Assembly (NCBI GenBank): GCA_964016885.1
Contig: OZ024742.1
Span: 105,710,001-105,774,000 of the forward strand
Reading direction: 5' to 3'
Length of the DNA: 64,000 nucleotides
From: Eledone cirrhosa
Taxonomy: Eukaryota
Shown here: piece after piece, positions 1-12,898 of the stretch
Layout of the letters: every line of letters begins with the position of its first letter
Numbering within the stretch: position 1 is the stretch's first letter
The notes under the pieces: generated by a model
Told to the model about the DNA's origin: nothing
Seen by the model: only the letters and a program-made list of their open reading frames with translations
Database searches by the model: none
Program-made: the position numbers and the translations under genes

Positions 1-590
1 TAGATGATCCGCTGCGATTTGACCAAGACCAGGTTGGCACCGTCGGAAAATCTAGTCGAAATCTATCGGCCAGGTCAAATCGGCCGAGTAACCCCTTGAG
101 GCTGTTGCACCCCTCTCTATCGGGACATGCCCCTGCATAGTCCCAACGTGCATCCAGGATACCATTCCAATCCCCCACTAAAAGCAGGGAACGGGACGTC
201 CCTAGAAAAGACTCCAGACGCTGGAAAAAGTCGGGCCGCTCTGTCCCAAAAGGGGCATATGCGGCTACCAGCCTAAAGGCTCTACCTTCACCACTGCCAA
301 GGTCCAGCACCACCAGTCGACCCCCTGGGTCCAAGTGAACTATCTGTGTTGCAAGGCCATATGTTTTTGCAGCAGAACGACAACCCCACCCCACCTCCGG
401 GCTGACAGAGAGATGCGTGCATCTCAAAGTCGTCAAAGGTGGGCGCTAGCTGCCGCATGTTGCTGATCCGGGCCTCGCAGATAACCATCACATTTATAGA
501 TTGTGACCTGAGGTCATTTAGAAGCATTGCTTGCTTCCAAGATGAGCCCAGGCCACGCGCATTTAGACACCCTACCCTTAGCACAGCCAT
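1..590 (-). pseudogene. ORF2 apurinic-type (APE) endonuclease domain, frameshifted
   Basis: MAVLRVGCLNARGL...VICEARI, then after a frameshift near 370: RLVAAYAP...LLLVGDWNGILD (N-x-x-G, YAP and GDxN motifs of LINE APE). Confidence 0.9.
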
Positions 591-1310
591 GTTGGTGGAA
601 AGGAGAAAAGGCACTTACCTCTCTGCGTCCTGGGAAACGGGCCGCTCAATTTCCATGCTGGTTGGGGATGGGTTGTTGGGTGGGGTGGTGGTTTGTGGAA
701 TTGAAGGGGCATCGGTGTGTTGTGGGGTTGGGGTGTTTGTGGTTGAGTGGGTGTCTGGGTGGGGTGGGGTGGGGTGGGGTGGGGGGATTTTTTAGGAGGA
801 CGCGGTTGATTGGTTTGGCGCAGGGGGGGGGGGGGGGGGCACGTCCTCCGTGAAATTTATTTTCAGTGTTTTGTACAAGTTCATTGGGACTTTTATCATT
901 TTTAAATGAGGTAGTCCCACAGCAGTTATAAAGTTAGGCCCTTCAGTTTGGACCGAAGGGTTTGCTGAAATTGTTTTCCGTAATTCTTTGTTGTCTGTGT
1001 TCATGTATGTATATTGTAAGGTCTTTTTTTGTGTAGCAGTTAGTGTTGTGTGACATGGAGGGGTGGTTTGTATGTAGTTTGTGTTCTCTTGGGGGGGGGG
1101 GGGGGTTAAAGTTAACATGTGTGTCTGTGGTGCGTCTCCTCTTCTTTCTTTTTACTTGTTGGAAGGGATCTTTTTCGTCTTGCGACGAAAGGGGTTCGTC
1201 TTCCTTGTTGGGTGGGAGGGGTATGTTTTCTGGTAGTGTTTGCGGTGTGTGTTTTTGTATTTGTTTTGGGTGGGGAGGGATTGGGTGGGACAGTATTCTG
1301 TGTTATTTTT

Positions 1311-2467
1311 TCACGTGTTTGTTTGTTGTTGTTGTTGTTGTTGTGGTGGTGGTGGTGTTGGTTTTTGTTGTTGTTGTTGGGGTGGTTTTGGTGTTGGTAG
1401 CAGTGTTTTTTTCTGTGTGAGCTGGGGACAGGCAGCCCTCAGGTGACCTCTATTGCCACAGAGGTAACAGGAGGGACGCCTACCCTCCACAATAATGTTG
1501 AGGTGGGTACGGTCATCCAGCATGACGTGCTCAGGGATTTGGGCGATGCGTTCTGGCCTTATTTGGGTCAGAACTTCGATGCTCGTTCCACTGAACGCGT
1601 CGCCGGATGCCTTTCCCATTGAAATGAGGTTGTCCTCATCTAAATTGAGGAAACCGGTTAGTAACCACCAGTAGTTTATGTTTGGGGTGATGGTGGTTAT
1701 CCATATCCTCTGGGTTTTTTTACCCATGTAGGTGGGGAAGAAGGTGTAGTGTGTGGAACGAATTGGCGACACACAGTATTTTTTCGCCGCCAATTCGTCT
1801 TTCATCAATATGGACAAACTCCCATAGAGTTTATCCTTTTGTATAAAAGTGATGTCTCTCATCGCTTCTTTCAGTACTAACTGAATTTCAGCTTGAGATG
1901 GTTATGCTGGTTTTTTGTTTTATTTAAAATTGTACGGAATACGACAGTTCGTAATTCCGTCTGTTTTTTTAGTTCTGGAGGTGAATGTATAGAAAACGAA
2001 CCGTTTTCGCCAAATGATACATATTTCTTGGCTTTTTCCAGCATTTCTTTTGCTTTTGAAATATCTTCCAGCACATACACGACTGATAATTTAGCCGTTT
2101 GTGCAAAAGATATTTTGTTTTCGTTGTTGGTGTTTGTATTGTTTTGTTTCTCGTCGTTTGAGTTGTTTTCATCTTTGTTGTTGTTGTTGTCTTTCTCGTT
2201 TGGTGTGTGGATACTTGTGACGTTTGTGTTGTTGTTGTTTTTGTTGTCTTTATTGTTGCTGTTGTCGTTGTCGTTGTTGTTGTTTTCAATTTCTTGTATA
2301 GTTGTGGCTACATCTAGTGGTCGGCCAACAGGTGAAGACAATTCTTCCTCTCTCTGACCTCTGCCTTTGGCATCTGCTGCTGTGACAGTGACAGGGGGAA
2401 GCTGTGAGTATGACTTCCCCTTTCCTTCTTTGATTGATGGTGAAGATGCTTCAGCCATTTTTCTCAA
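1311..2467 (-). pseudogene. ORF1 (gag-like nucleic-acid-binding protein), frameshifted near 1870
   Basis: ORFs 1877-2467 and 1311-1862; ISFAQ motif, VEGRRPS-CYLCGNRGHLRAAC (CX2CX4HX4C), Asn/Gln low-complexity tracts. Confidence 0.85.
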
Positions 2468-2674
2468 AATAGGGTTTTTCGAAGTTTTTCGAAAGATAAA
2501 ATGTTTACAATACTATTTCGCCCACAGGCGCAGAATATTTTGAGAGACCGACCAGATCAAAATTTGACCTGGCAGTCCCTCTACAAAATGGTACAAAAAT
2601 GAAAGTTAACAGTTTACAATTTCCGGATGAATTTAAACAAAACTTACCGAGCGAGCTCAGCACATGTGTCCATC

Positions 2675-2798
2675 GTGAGATAGATAGTCAGATAGACATA
2701 CAGTGAGATAGATAGTCAGATAGACATACAGTGAGATAGATAGTCATATAGACATACAGTGAGATAGATAGTCAGATAGACATACAGTGAGATAGATA
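2675..2798. repeat. 28-bp tandem repeat, about 4.4 copies
   Basis: Unit GTGAGATAGATAGTCAGATAGACATACA starting at 2675, 2703, 2731, 2759 and (partial) 2787. Confidence 0.95.
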
Positions 2799-3900
2799 AC
2801 TTTCTATTTATTTGCCACCAGGGCATCAAAGATTGGGACAAATACAAGGGGGGGGGAGGTTACATACATTTCAAAGGACGTGTAAAAACATATAACAAAT
2901 CAAATTCAACAATCGAAGTCCTCAATAGGGAGGGGGCGTTGACGTGGGTCGCACACACCCCGGAAAAAATGTGCAACCCTCCTCCCCAGGAACACAAAGC
3001 GCGGGTGCTCCCTTCCTCTCCTCCTTCTTCTCCTCTCTCACCTACAGGCTGATATAGAGAGAAGGCCCATTCACTCGGGCCATTCTCGCCACTTTCACCC
3101 ACCTTTCATAAAAGTTGCTGGGGTAGAGCACCTCTCTCTCCATTCTGATCCTTCTTCTAAAATGGTACTTGAAAAAAAGGACCAGTTGTTGGCCGGAGAG
3201 AAAGGTGTCTGATCTCAGCCCTTTCAACCTCGTCCACCATACAACCTCTTTCGCCATAGCTATCACACAGAGGAAAACCGCATCTCCTTCTTTTTTGAAG
3301 AGGGGAGGCGGTTTGATCGTGACAATGTACTCGGTGGTCAACCGGATTGGTCCCACCCGCGACAGTAGTCGTTCCACATAGCCTGGCAGGTCAGCAACGC
3401 CCGGGCAGTATACGAATGCGTGCGCGACGGTTTCCTCGTCACGCACGCATCTCGGACAGATCTTCTTCGAGGGGTCCCTACCCGGTCGCCCGTGTCTGTA
3501 GAGCTTGTCCCGAACGGGTAGAGCTCCTGGGTAGCACTGCCAAGCCAGGGAATTTTGGAAGTTGTCCATCGGTGCCGGGCCGAACGTCCTACTGAACAAA
3601 CTGATTAGTTCGTCCTCCTCCATGCCCAGAGCCTCTCCGTCGTTGCACTTGCTGCGAACCAACCCTCTATAGAATGTCGAGGTGGAGTCTCCACTGATTG
3701 CCGGGTCCGCTTGCCAGGGGGCCGTGAGCGCCTGGGCACATTCAATGTGCCAGGCGCCCACTTTTCTCGGTCTTTGCTTGACCCAGGATTGCAGCTCGGT
3801 GAGCGAGACGAGTCGTGGAAAGGCTCTCCTCACAAACGGGGGTCACACCGGTTGCAAGGATTGGATAAAATAGTACAGCAAATGTTCCACGAGGCCCGAA
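2799..3900 (-). mobile_element. 5'-truncated Tx1/L1-clade LINE: 3' end of ORF2 plus 3'UTR
   Basis: ORF 3042-3833 with LAWQ..ALPVRDKL, CPRCVRDEETVAHAFVYC (zf-RVT-like C-terminus); minus-strand AATAAA near 2807-2813 just before the 28-bp repeat; in-frame TGA upstream of the ORF. Confidence 0.88.
3042..3833 (-). pseudogene. LINE ORF2 C-terminal zinc-binding (zf-RVT-like) fragment
   Basis: CX2C...EE-T-x-x-H-x-F-x-x-C motif typical of L1/Tx1 ORF2 C-termini. Confidence 0.85.
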
Positions 3901-3918
3901 TATATTTAGACTATATTT

Positions 3919-4362
3919 AGTGAAGGTGCATGGCTGAGTGGTTAGAGAATTGGATTCGCAATCGTGAGGTGGTGAGTTCGGTTCCCGGACCAGGTGATGC
4001 ATTATGTCCGTAAGCAAGACACTTTATTTCACGTTGCTCCTTCTACTTGGAGTTGCGACCGATGTATAGTATTAGCAATTGGAATAATCAATGGAAACAT
4101 TGTTTTGTTGGTCAGATTTGAGGAAAGTTGATCGACTGTTAGTGAAGGTGTGTGGCTGATTGGTCAGAGAACTGGACTCACAATTGTGAGGTTGTCAGTT
4201 CGATTCTTGGACCGGGCGACGCGTTATGTCCTTGAGCAAGACACTTTATTTCACGTTGCTCCTTCTACCTGGAGTTGCGACTGATAGATAGTACTGGCAA
4301 TTGGAAAGATCAATAGAAACATTGTTTCCTCGGTCCGATTTGACGAAAGTCGATCGACAAAA
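3919..4362 (+). mobile_element. Head-to-tail dimer of a tRNA-derived SINE (family B, about 220-bp unit)
   Basis: Units start AGTGAAGGTG at about 3919 and 4141; A-box TGGCTGAGTGG, B-box GAGTTCGGTTCC, shared body GTCC(T/G)T(G/A)AGCAAGACACTTTATTTCACGTTGCTCC. Confidence 0.85.
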
Positions 4363-5054
4363 AATATACTTAGTATAAACCAACCAGTTCAAATATCGTA
4401 GTAAACTAAGATAAATTAATTCATCTCTTTCCTTCATTACTCTGAAGGAATTGTCGTATAATAGACTTTATAACACGCCACCATCCGAATACTTCCTCAA
4501 CCATTCAATTACACAAATACACATCCACACAAAAACATACACAACACATACACACACGTGTACACACACACACACATACACATGCAATATCTCTCTACCT
4601 CACACACGCAATCTCTCTCTCTCTCACTCACACACACACACATAAAATCTATCTCTTTCAAACACACAATCTCTTTCTCTCACACACTCACACAGACAAT
4701 CTCTCTTTCCCTCTCCCACTCACAAACACACACTCTCTTTCTCTTACACACGCAAACCTCTCTCACTCTTTCAAACTCACAACATCTCTCTTTCTCACTC
4801 ACACACATAATTTTTCTCTTTCAAAGACAGAAACTCACTCTCTCACCCAGAGACATACACAATCTTTTTGTCTCTTATATACACACATAAACTCTTTCTC
4901 TCCCACCCTCACAAAATCTCTCTCTTCCCTATATGATGATGTGTACAGCTGATTGAAAAGTTCGTCTACACGAAATCTTAGTTTGGATATAACCTTGTTT
5001 ACCTCACATATAAGAAACACGATGCTATGGTACATCTGTCATAGACAAGACAAT

Positions 5055-5785
5055 GGTAGATCGATTATAGACGAGGCTATGTTATCTATATTAAATGTGG
5101 CTATGTTAGATTTAACATAGACGAAGCTATGGTAGATTTTAGACGAGGCTATGTTAGATCTATCAAAGAAGGGGTTAAGGTTGATCTTAGACGAGGCTAT
5201 AGTAGATCTATCAAATATGAGGTTAGGATTAGACGAGGCTATAGTAGATCTATCAAAGATGAGGTTAAGGTAGATCTTAGACGAGGCTATAGTAGATCTA
5301 TCAAATATGAGGTTAGGGTTAGACGAGGCTATAGTAGATCTATCAAAGATGAGGTTAAGGTAGATCTTAGACGAGGCTATAGTAGATCTATCAAATATGA
5401 GGTTAGGGTTAGACGAGGCTATAGTAGATCTATCAAAGATGGGGTTAAGGTAGATCTTAGACGAGGCTATAGTAGATCTATCATAAATGAAACTATGATT
5501 AGTCTATCAAAGACAAGATTATGTAGACTTATCGTAGATTAGGCTATGATAGGTCTAACATTGACGAGGCTATGGTGGATCTATCGTAGAAGAGGGTATG
5601 ATAAATCTATCGTTGACGAGGGTATGGTAGATGTATCATAGATGAGTTATGGAGCTCTATCGTAGATGAGGGCATGATAGATCTATAGCAGACGACGTTA
5701 TGGTAGATGTATCATAGATGGGTTACGGTAGATCCGTCATAGAGGAAGTTATGATAGAGCTATCATAGATGAAGCTATGGTAGAT
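5055..5785. repeat. Minisatellite (about 25-bp monomer) with a 90-bp higher-order core
   Basis: ACGAGGCTATAGTAGATCTATCA recurs at 5191, 5281, 5371 and 5461; degenerate monomers on both flanks. Confidence 0.92.
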
Positions 5786-6317
5786 CAATGGAAGAAAATA
5801 CAAACACGGGTTGCCGCGTTGCGGGATCGAATTCAGAAAAACATCATTGCAAAGTGAACATACTTCTGAAAGACATGGCCATAATTAGTACTAGCTATGT
5901 GGGTCGGCTGAAATTTCATAAACTGACTATAAAGGATTGATGTTAGAACTGTGAAATCTTGCATGTATTCATTTCCACCTTTCTTATTAATAACTGCATT
6001 GTTCCAGGCACTATTTTGAAAAATAAACCTTATTTGGTTATTCCATGGTCACCCTATAAACTTTTTAGCCGACTCTCGTATGTTGATTGCTAAGTGTGGC
6101 TTACATGCTCATTAAATACTTCCTATGGTACAAATATCTCCCCACCTGGAATAATTAACTTTTTTAACAAGGTGTGAATTCGATCCCGATGCGTGCTAAT
6201 GGCCATTTTTTCCGTTATACGCCCTGCTATTAGACTATTTTCTGAAGCCAAAACATGCGGTAAAAGATACTAATTCAAATTTCAATCACCGTGATTTAAA
6301 CACATGTATTCACTCAC

Positions 6318-6437
<120 letters not shown>

Positions 6438-6587
6438 ATAATTAAGAAGGGTTTTCCGAAGAAGAACCGAGGGGAATCACAAGTAAATAAGGTACTCAAT
6501 AAATTAAGAGAGAAAGTACATATATGTTTAATGTAGGAATAACTTCTACAGTACTAGAAATATAGAAGTAATTTCTATATGAAATAA

Positions 6588-6628
<41 letters not shown>

Positions 6629-6630
6629 TA

Positions 6631-6689
<59 letters not shown>

Positions 6690-6695
<6 letters not shown>

Positions 6696-7200
6696 GAAAA
6701 ATATGGGGAGAAGAATACTGCATGGTTGCACATGGATTACATATTATAAAATTAGTCCCTCATCAGTGATTTGCCAACGATCATTGGTATTTCATCGCAT
6801 TAAAAATCATATACCTCACGTTGGTGCGAGCAATAACTAAAATAAGCTATTGGGACAAGTGAAACGCGTAAAGCGAGTGAGACAAGTAAACAACAAAAAG
6901 GAAAAGCTAACCGAAGATGGGAAGAAAAACAAGCAACATGGTTATTCGGTCAGCATAAGCTGGGTGAATTCATGAGCGCTTAGCAAACAGACCTTTCGCT
7001 GTGAATGGAATGTGAGAAAGAAGGAATCCGACTCCTAGCGAACGGGAGGAAGTGAGAAGGGGAGAAACAGAGAGTGAGTGAGTGGAAGTGCGAGGAAGAG
7101 GTCAGTCGAGAGAAAGTGTTAACTGACAGAGGGTACGAAAGAAGGTAAGAGAAACAGTAAGAGAGAAGAATACTGCATGGTTGCACATGGATTACATATA
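6690..7200 (-). mobile_element. (TA)n-flanked element with about 36-bp terminal direct repeats (pseudo-LTR-like, probable Penelope-like derivative)
   Basis: GAGAAGAATACTGCATGGTTGCACATGGATTACAT starts at 6708 and 7163; minus-strand CTGATGAG near 6758-6766 without an intact GAAA. Confidence 0.45.
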
Positions 7201-7413
7201 TATATATAATGTAGGAGGTGAGTTTCTCCTCCTCTCTCATCCTTCCTTCTTATACTCCTCCCCCATCATCCTTTACTCTTATTTCTTCCTCTTCCTTACC
7301 TCCCCCCCCTCACTTTTTCCCAATCTCATACATCCATCTTAATTTATTTTTCATATGTTGATTTAAAACTTCACTGCTCACAAGTGTTTTTTATGCTTCA
7401 TATCATGTCTCCC

Positions 7414-7484
7414 TATTTTATCTGATGAGAACGCAGATATCATCCCATGATGATATTTGTTTTTGAAATGCGCATAATAAAATA
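7414..7484 (+). ncRNA. Type I minimal hammerhead ribozyme fold (family H1)
   Basis: Stem I TATTTTAT/ATAAAATA (8 bp); CTGATGA at 7422-7428; 16-position stem II with CCAT loop; GAAA at 7465-7468; palindromic TGCGCA; AUA triplet. Confidence 0.8.
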
Positions 7485-7667
7485 CTTAGAACTCTTTTAA
7501 CCATCTTTTGATCTTATATTATATATATATATATATATTATTAGGGTAAACATTGATGCAATTCAATTCAAGCACTCAACGTACTTTTTCCACATAGGAG
7601 TGACGGAGTAAATATCGAATAAGGAAAAGCGAAGTAGTTTCAGATGTTCAAGTCCTTTAATAATAAT

Positions 7668-7741
7668 GCTGTGATATATATTTCAATGGCGACACTGGCT
7701 ACACTGTTCTGTGTGAGAGTGTCATGACATCATCAGACAGC
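7668..7741 (-). ncRNA. Hammerhead fold, family H2 (inverted copy)
   Basis: Minus strand GCTGT-CTGATGA-...-GAAA-TATATA-TC-ACAGC. Confidence 0.65.
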
Positions 7742-9021
7742 TTGTTACATAATAAGGTTATGTTTCCGAGGCAATCCAAATTGAATCGACATGGGAACGG
7801 ATGAAATGCGTGCTTTTGGGTCTCTCACCCGTTCCCCTGTGAGTACCAATTCAACCCCACCGGTCTGCGCATATTTACTCCGTCACTCCTACGTGGAAAA
7901 AGTACGTTGAGTGCTTGAATTGAATTGCATCAATGTTTACCCTAATAATTTAGCTCCAATTAGTTGAGCGCTCTATGATGTAACCGATATGGTGGAGAAG
8001 AGAGGAACCAACCATGAGCTGCCCCGGAAATTCCCTCTACCATGGGGATGGAAACCCCTGAAACTGGACGGACATAATAGTAACTTTCGGCAGGATAAAT
8101 ACGCGGAAACAAAAAATAAGATAAACCCCTATTTCCCTGCACCAAATCGCATTTGAACAGAAGCCCCCTCAATTCAATCTATACATTGACAGATTGACAA
8201 TCATATGGATCATTTTGCATATATGTACTCTGTTTTTGCATTTATTCATTGTTGGTTCTTTTCTTTTATGTCTGTTTTCCTTTGATATTGTTCCATGTGA
8301 TGGAAATTATGACTGTGTACCAGATTGACTACTGCCTTGAATACTGTAGTTTACCCTCCGTTCTAATGTACGGCACTGTCGTTCAACATGTGGATAGAGT
8401 AACTGGACACTAGAACACCCATCAGAACTTCTTACTTAAACATTATCTCCATATTATTTACTCACTTCAATCTATATTTTTTTACTCACCTCAATCCGAA
8501 TTCTTACTTGAAAAAAATTTTTAACTTTTAATTTCTAATTGGTAATTTTTTAATTATAATTATAATTTCTAATATTTGATTTAGGACTTTAATTTTTATT
8601 TCCAACTCTCACTCTTAACTTACAATATAAAACCATAATACCTAGAATTAAGTTTATTTTCCCTTTGAGTTGATGGTCAGTCGTACTGTCCACGCTAGGT
8701 GAGAGGTAGTATTATGACCTGTAGGAACTAACACTATCCCATCCACTCTGGCTTTCGGCTGACTGCCACAGTCGGGATGGGTAGCAGTAAACTGTGGTAC
8801 GAGCCATTGTGTGGTTGAGAGGGTGACCTGACTAAGCGAATTTCGTTGAAATCTGCGGTAGCTAATGGTCAACTTCCTTCGGACATGCGCATGCGCAGAC
8901 CGGTGGGTTTGAATTGGTACTCACAGGGGAACGGGTGAGAGACCCAAAAGCACGCATTTCATCCGTTCCCATGTCGATTCAATTTGGATTGCCTCGGAAA
9001 CATAACCTTATTATGTAACAC

Positions 9022-9095
9022 GCTGTCTGATGATGTCACGACACTCGCACACAGAACAGTGTGGCCAGTGTCGCCATTGAAATATGTATCACAGC
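9022..9095 (+). ncRNA. Hammerhead fold, family H2
   Basis: Stem I GCTGT/ACAGC; CTGATGA at 9027-9033; stem II CGACACT/AGTGTCG plus CACAC/GTGTG with a weak base; GAAA-TATGTA-TC (AUC triplet). Confidence 0.65.
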
Positions 9096-9144
9096 ATTAT
9101 TATTAAAGGACTTGAACATCTGAAACTACTTCGCTTTTCCTTAT

Positions 9145-9182
<38 letters not shown>

Positions 9183-9348
9183 AACCAGTAGGACCCCGAC
9201 GGCCGAGCTCAAGCCGTTTCGACGGCTAATTCTGGACTAAAAGTTTTAGTCGGGGTCCTACTCGTTCCTATTACCCACTCTACTACCCTAAGTATTGAGT
9301 ACTTTCGTGCGTTATGGTCCATCTGGTTCCTTACCACATTTCCTTCGT

Positions 9349-9444
<96 letters not shown>

Positions 9445-9541
9445 ACCTGGATTCAATCGGAGGTAACCCGCTTCCCTCATGATTTCCTTCGAATGAAACA
9501 GTTCTAGTCATCATGCAGAAGCCATTTCCATATTAAATTTG

Positions 9542-9586
<45 letters not shown>

Positions 9587-10072
9587 TATGATTAAATGGC
9601 TCTGTACTATACATAGAACACTCTGCCCCCCCCCCCACACACACACATATATATGTTATATATGTGTATATATGTGTGTGTTTAATGAATTTTCTCTCCT
9701 GAAATATATATTTAAAAAAAAAAATGTCTGCGTGAAGAGAAATAAACTGTGTCGTGTTAGGATGCCAAAGAGTTCAATTCTGACCTTTACATGTTGGTTT
9801 TAATAGATTTAGCCAACAGGGCAGTTGGACTTTGTCTTGTATATTTCTGAAGAATTGAACTTCGAACGTTCTACAAACTCTTTTGGTTAGTGATAAGAAG
9901 AAAAGTATTGGTGGCAGGATTTCAATAGAATTGTTCTTCTGTCGGAAGTTTTTGCTTTTGGCAAAAATTCGAAAGGACGAAGCTTCTTGAAACGGAATTA
10001 TTCGATTCATTCCTTGATCTGTGCTTAGCGTTTTTTTGTTGTTATCTTTGTCTTTGGAAGGAAATTCACAGT

Positions 10073-10975
10073 GTATGTATGTATGTATGTATGTATGTAT
10101 GTATGTATGTATGTATGTATGTATGTATGTATGCATGTATGCATGTATGCATGCATGTATGTAACTATGTATATATGTATGTATATATATATGTATGTAT
10201 GTATATATATATATATGTATGAATATATGTATGTATGTATATATATGTATGTATGTATGCATGTATGTATGTATTTATGTATGTATGCATGTATGTATAT
10301 ATGTGTGTATGCAGACATCTATGTACGTATGTATGTATGTAAGTATGTATGTATGCATACATGTATGAATGTATGTATGTACGTATGCATGCATGTATGT
10401 ATTTATGTATGTATGCATGTATGTATATATGTGGGTATGCATACATGTATGTATGTATGTATGTATGTATGTATGTATGTATGCATTCATGTATGTCAGT
10501 ATGTATGCTTGTATGTCAGTATGTATGTATGCAAGTAAGTATATATGTAAGTATGTATGTAAGTATGTATGTAAGTATGTATGTATGTATGTATGTATGT
10601 ATGTATGCATTCATGTATGTCAGTATGTATGCTTGTATGTCAGTATGTATGTATGTATGCAAGTAAGTATATATGTAAGTATGTATGTATGTATGTATGT
10701 ATGTATGTATGTATGTATGTATGTATGTATGTATGTATGTATGTATGTATGCATTCATGTATGTCAGTATGTATGTATGCTTGTATGTCAGTATGTATGT
10801 ATGTATGCAAGTAAGTATATATGTAAGTATGTATGTAAGTATGTATGTATGTAAGTATGTATGTATGTATGTATGTATGTATGTATGCATGCATGTATGT
10901 ATGTATACATACATGTATGTATGCATGTGTGTATGTATGCGTGCATGAATGTATGTATGGCTGCATGTATGTATA
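10073..10975. repeat. Compound (TATG)n microsatellite
   Basis: About 900 bp of TATG and variants; source of the MYVC/HTYI ORFs. Confidence 0.97.
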
Positions 10976-11438
10976 CACAGACACACATACAAACACATAC
11001 AAATGCATACACACATATAGAAGAAGTTATTACTTGTAAAGAATATAATATTTCTATAATTCTCTGGAAAATTCTCATCTCCCACATCTCCCCATCTTGT
11101 TCTTTCTATTTGTATTACTTATGTTTATCTAGCAGTCTCTCGATACATACAGCCCAAATTCTATCTATCTCTCTTTAATACGCACACACACACACATATA
11201 GATATGTATGTATATATATGTATATATTGTACTGTTGACCATGTTATTCTTCACGCTTTCAATATTATTACTCCAAGATAAACTTACATAGGAATGCAAG
11301 TGAACTCATAAACGCCACCTACGTAAACCCCTTGTTGAATCAAACAACGCCGTACGCTAAAACTATCCAGAATATGTAGTATTCACAACCTCTAACTGGA
11401 TTACCTATAACGATATTTTGTTATCCCTTCTATATATA

Positions 11439-11489
<51 letters not shown>

Positions 11490-11893
11490 TGCAAACTCTG
11501 CTAAGAGTATTGCAATCGCTTGTCGTCAGATTACAGATTACAGTTCGTTGCACTTTTAGGCTACGGCCAGCCACACGAACCCGTAACAGATCCTGAACAA
11601 GCAATGCCTGTGCTTTGAAGGCTTTTGAAGTGGGGAAAGGCCTTGCACTCGACCAATTGCACTCTCTGAGCATCGAAAACACCACCCTAAAAGGAGAACT
11701 GGTCAACATCATCGGATGCTTCCGAAGCTGCAGGGTTTATTTTCAGAGTTTCCCCCTCTTAGAAAGGTGTTGAGACAACAACTGGGGGCCTTTCAGTCCC
11801 AGGTGAAAAAAGAAAAGTACTATTTGGATGGCTGTTGATTCCGTTGAGTTCCCCCGCCCTTTGCCGGGTCTTGTATTTCATCCCGCAGGGTGT

Positions 11894-11980
11894 CCAAATA
11901 TCAAGCAAGCTTGGAGGGGTTGCCAAATATCAAGCAAGCTTGGAGGGGTTGCCAAATATCAAGCAAGCTTGGAGGGGTTG
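11894..11980. repeat. 29-bp tandem repeat, 3 copies
   Basis: CCAAATATCAAGCAAGCTTGGAGGGGTTG at 11894, 11923 and 11952. Confidence 0.95.
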
Positions 11981-12004
11981 CCGGTTTAGTCGCCGACGAC
12001 CCGA

Positions 12005-12087
<83 letters not shown>

Positions 12088-12179
12088 CATTTACTCCGGA
12101 GTTAACAGCCCCTCTTGTGGACTTCGCTGTGTGGCTTACCCTGAAGTGTTGGTGTTAAACTAACACATAATCTGATTAA

Positions 12180-12225
<46 letters not shown>

Positions 12226-12238
12226 TATATATATATAT

Positions 12239-12321
<83 letters not shown>

Positions 12322-12342
12322 TATATATATATATATATAGAT

Positions 12343-12375
<33 letters not shown>

Positions 12376-12380
12376 TAGAG

Positions 12381-12860
<480 letters not shown>

Positions 12861-12862
12861 TG

Positions 12863-12894
<32 letters not shown>

Positions 12895-12898
<4 letters not shown>

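Larger units (their letters stand above)
1..2674 (-). mobile_element. Tx1/L1-clade non-LTR retrotransposon, 5' part (5'UTR, ORF1, start of ORF2), running off the window edge
   Basis: Gag-like ORF1 with a CCHC knuckle followed by an APE endonuclease N-terminus on the same strand; 5' end abuts a 28-bp tandem repeat at 2675. Confidence 0.9.
7538..9150 (+). mobile_element. (TA)n-flanked non-coding element with interleaved inverted repeats and hammerhead motifs (Penelope-like/retrozyme-like)
   Basis: 7538-7615 is inverted at 7871-7948; 7612-7872 is inverted at 8891-9150; a further partial copy lies at about 38312-38488. Confidence 0.75.

Noticed and set aside
5129-5542. Repeat protein or CRISPR-like array
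   Set aside because: The intervening segments are themselves repeated rather than unique spacers, the context is eukaryotic and there are no cas genes; it is a minisatellite.
9790-10070. Unique-looking segment with a 78-codon minus-strand frame (MNRIIPFQ…)
   Set aside because: No recognisable motif or convincing splice context; cannot call an exon without homology or RNA-seq.
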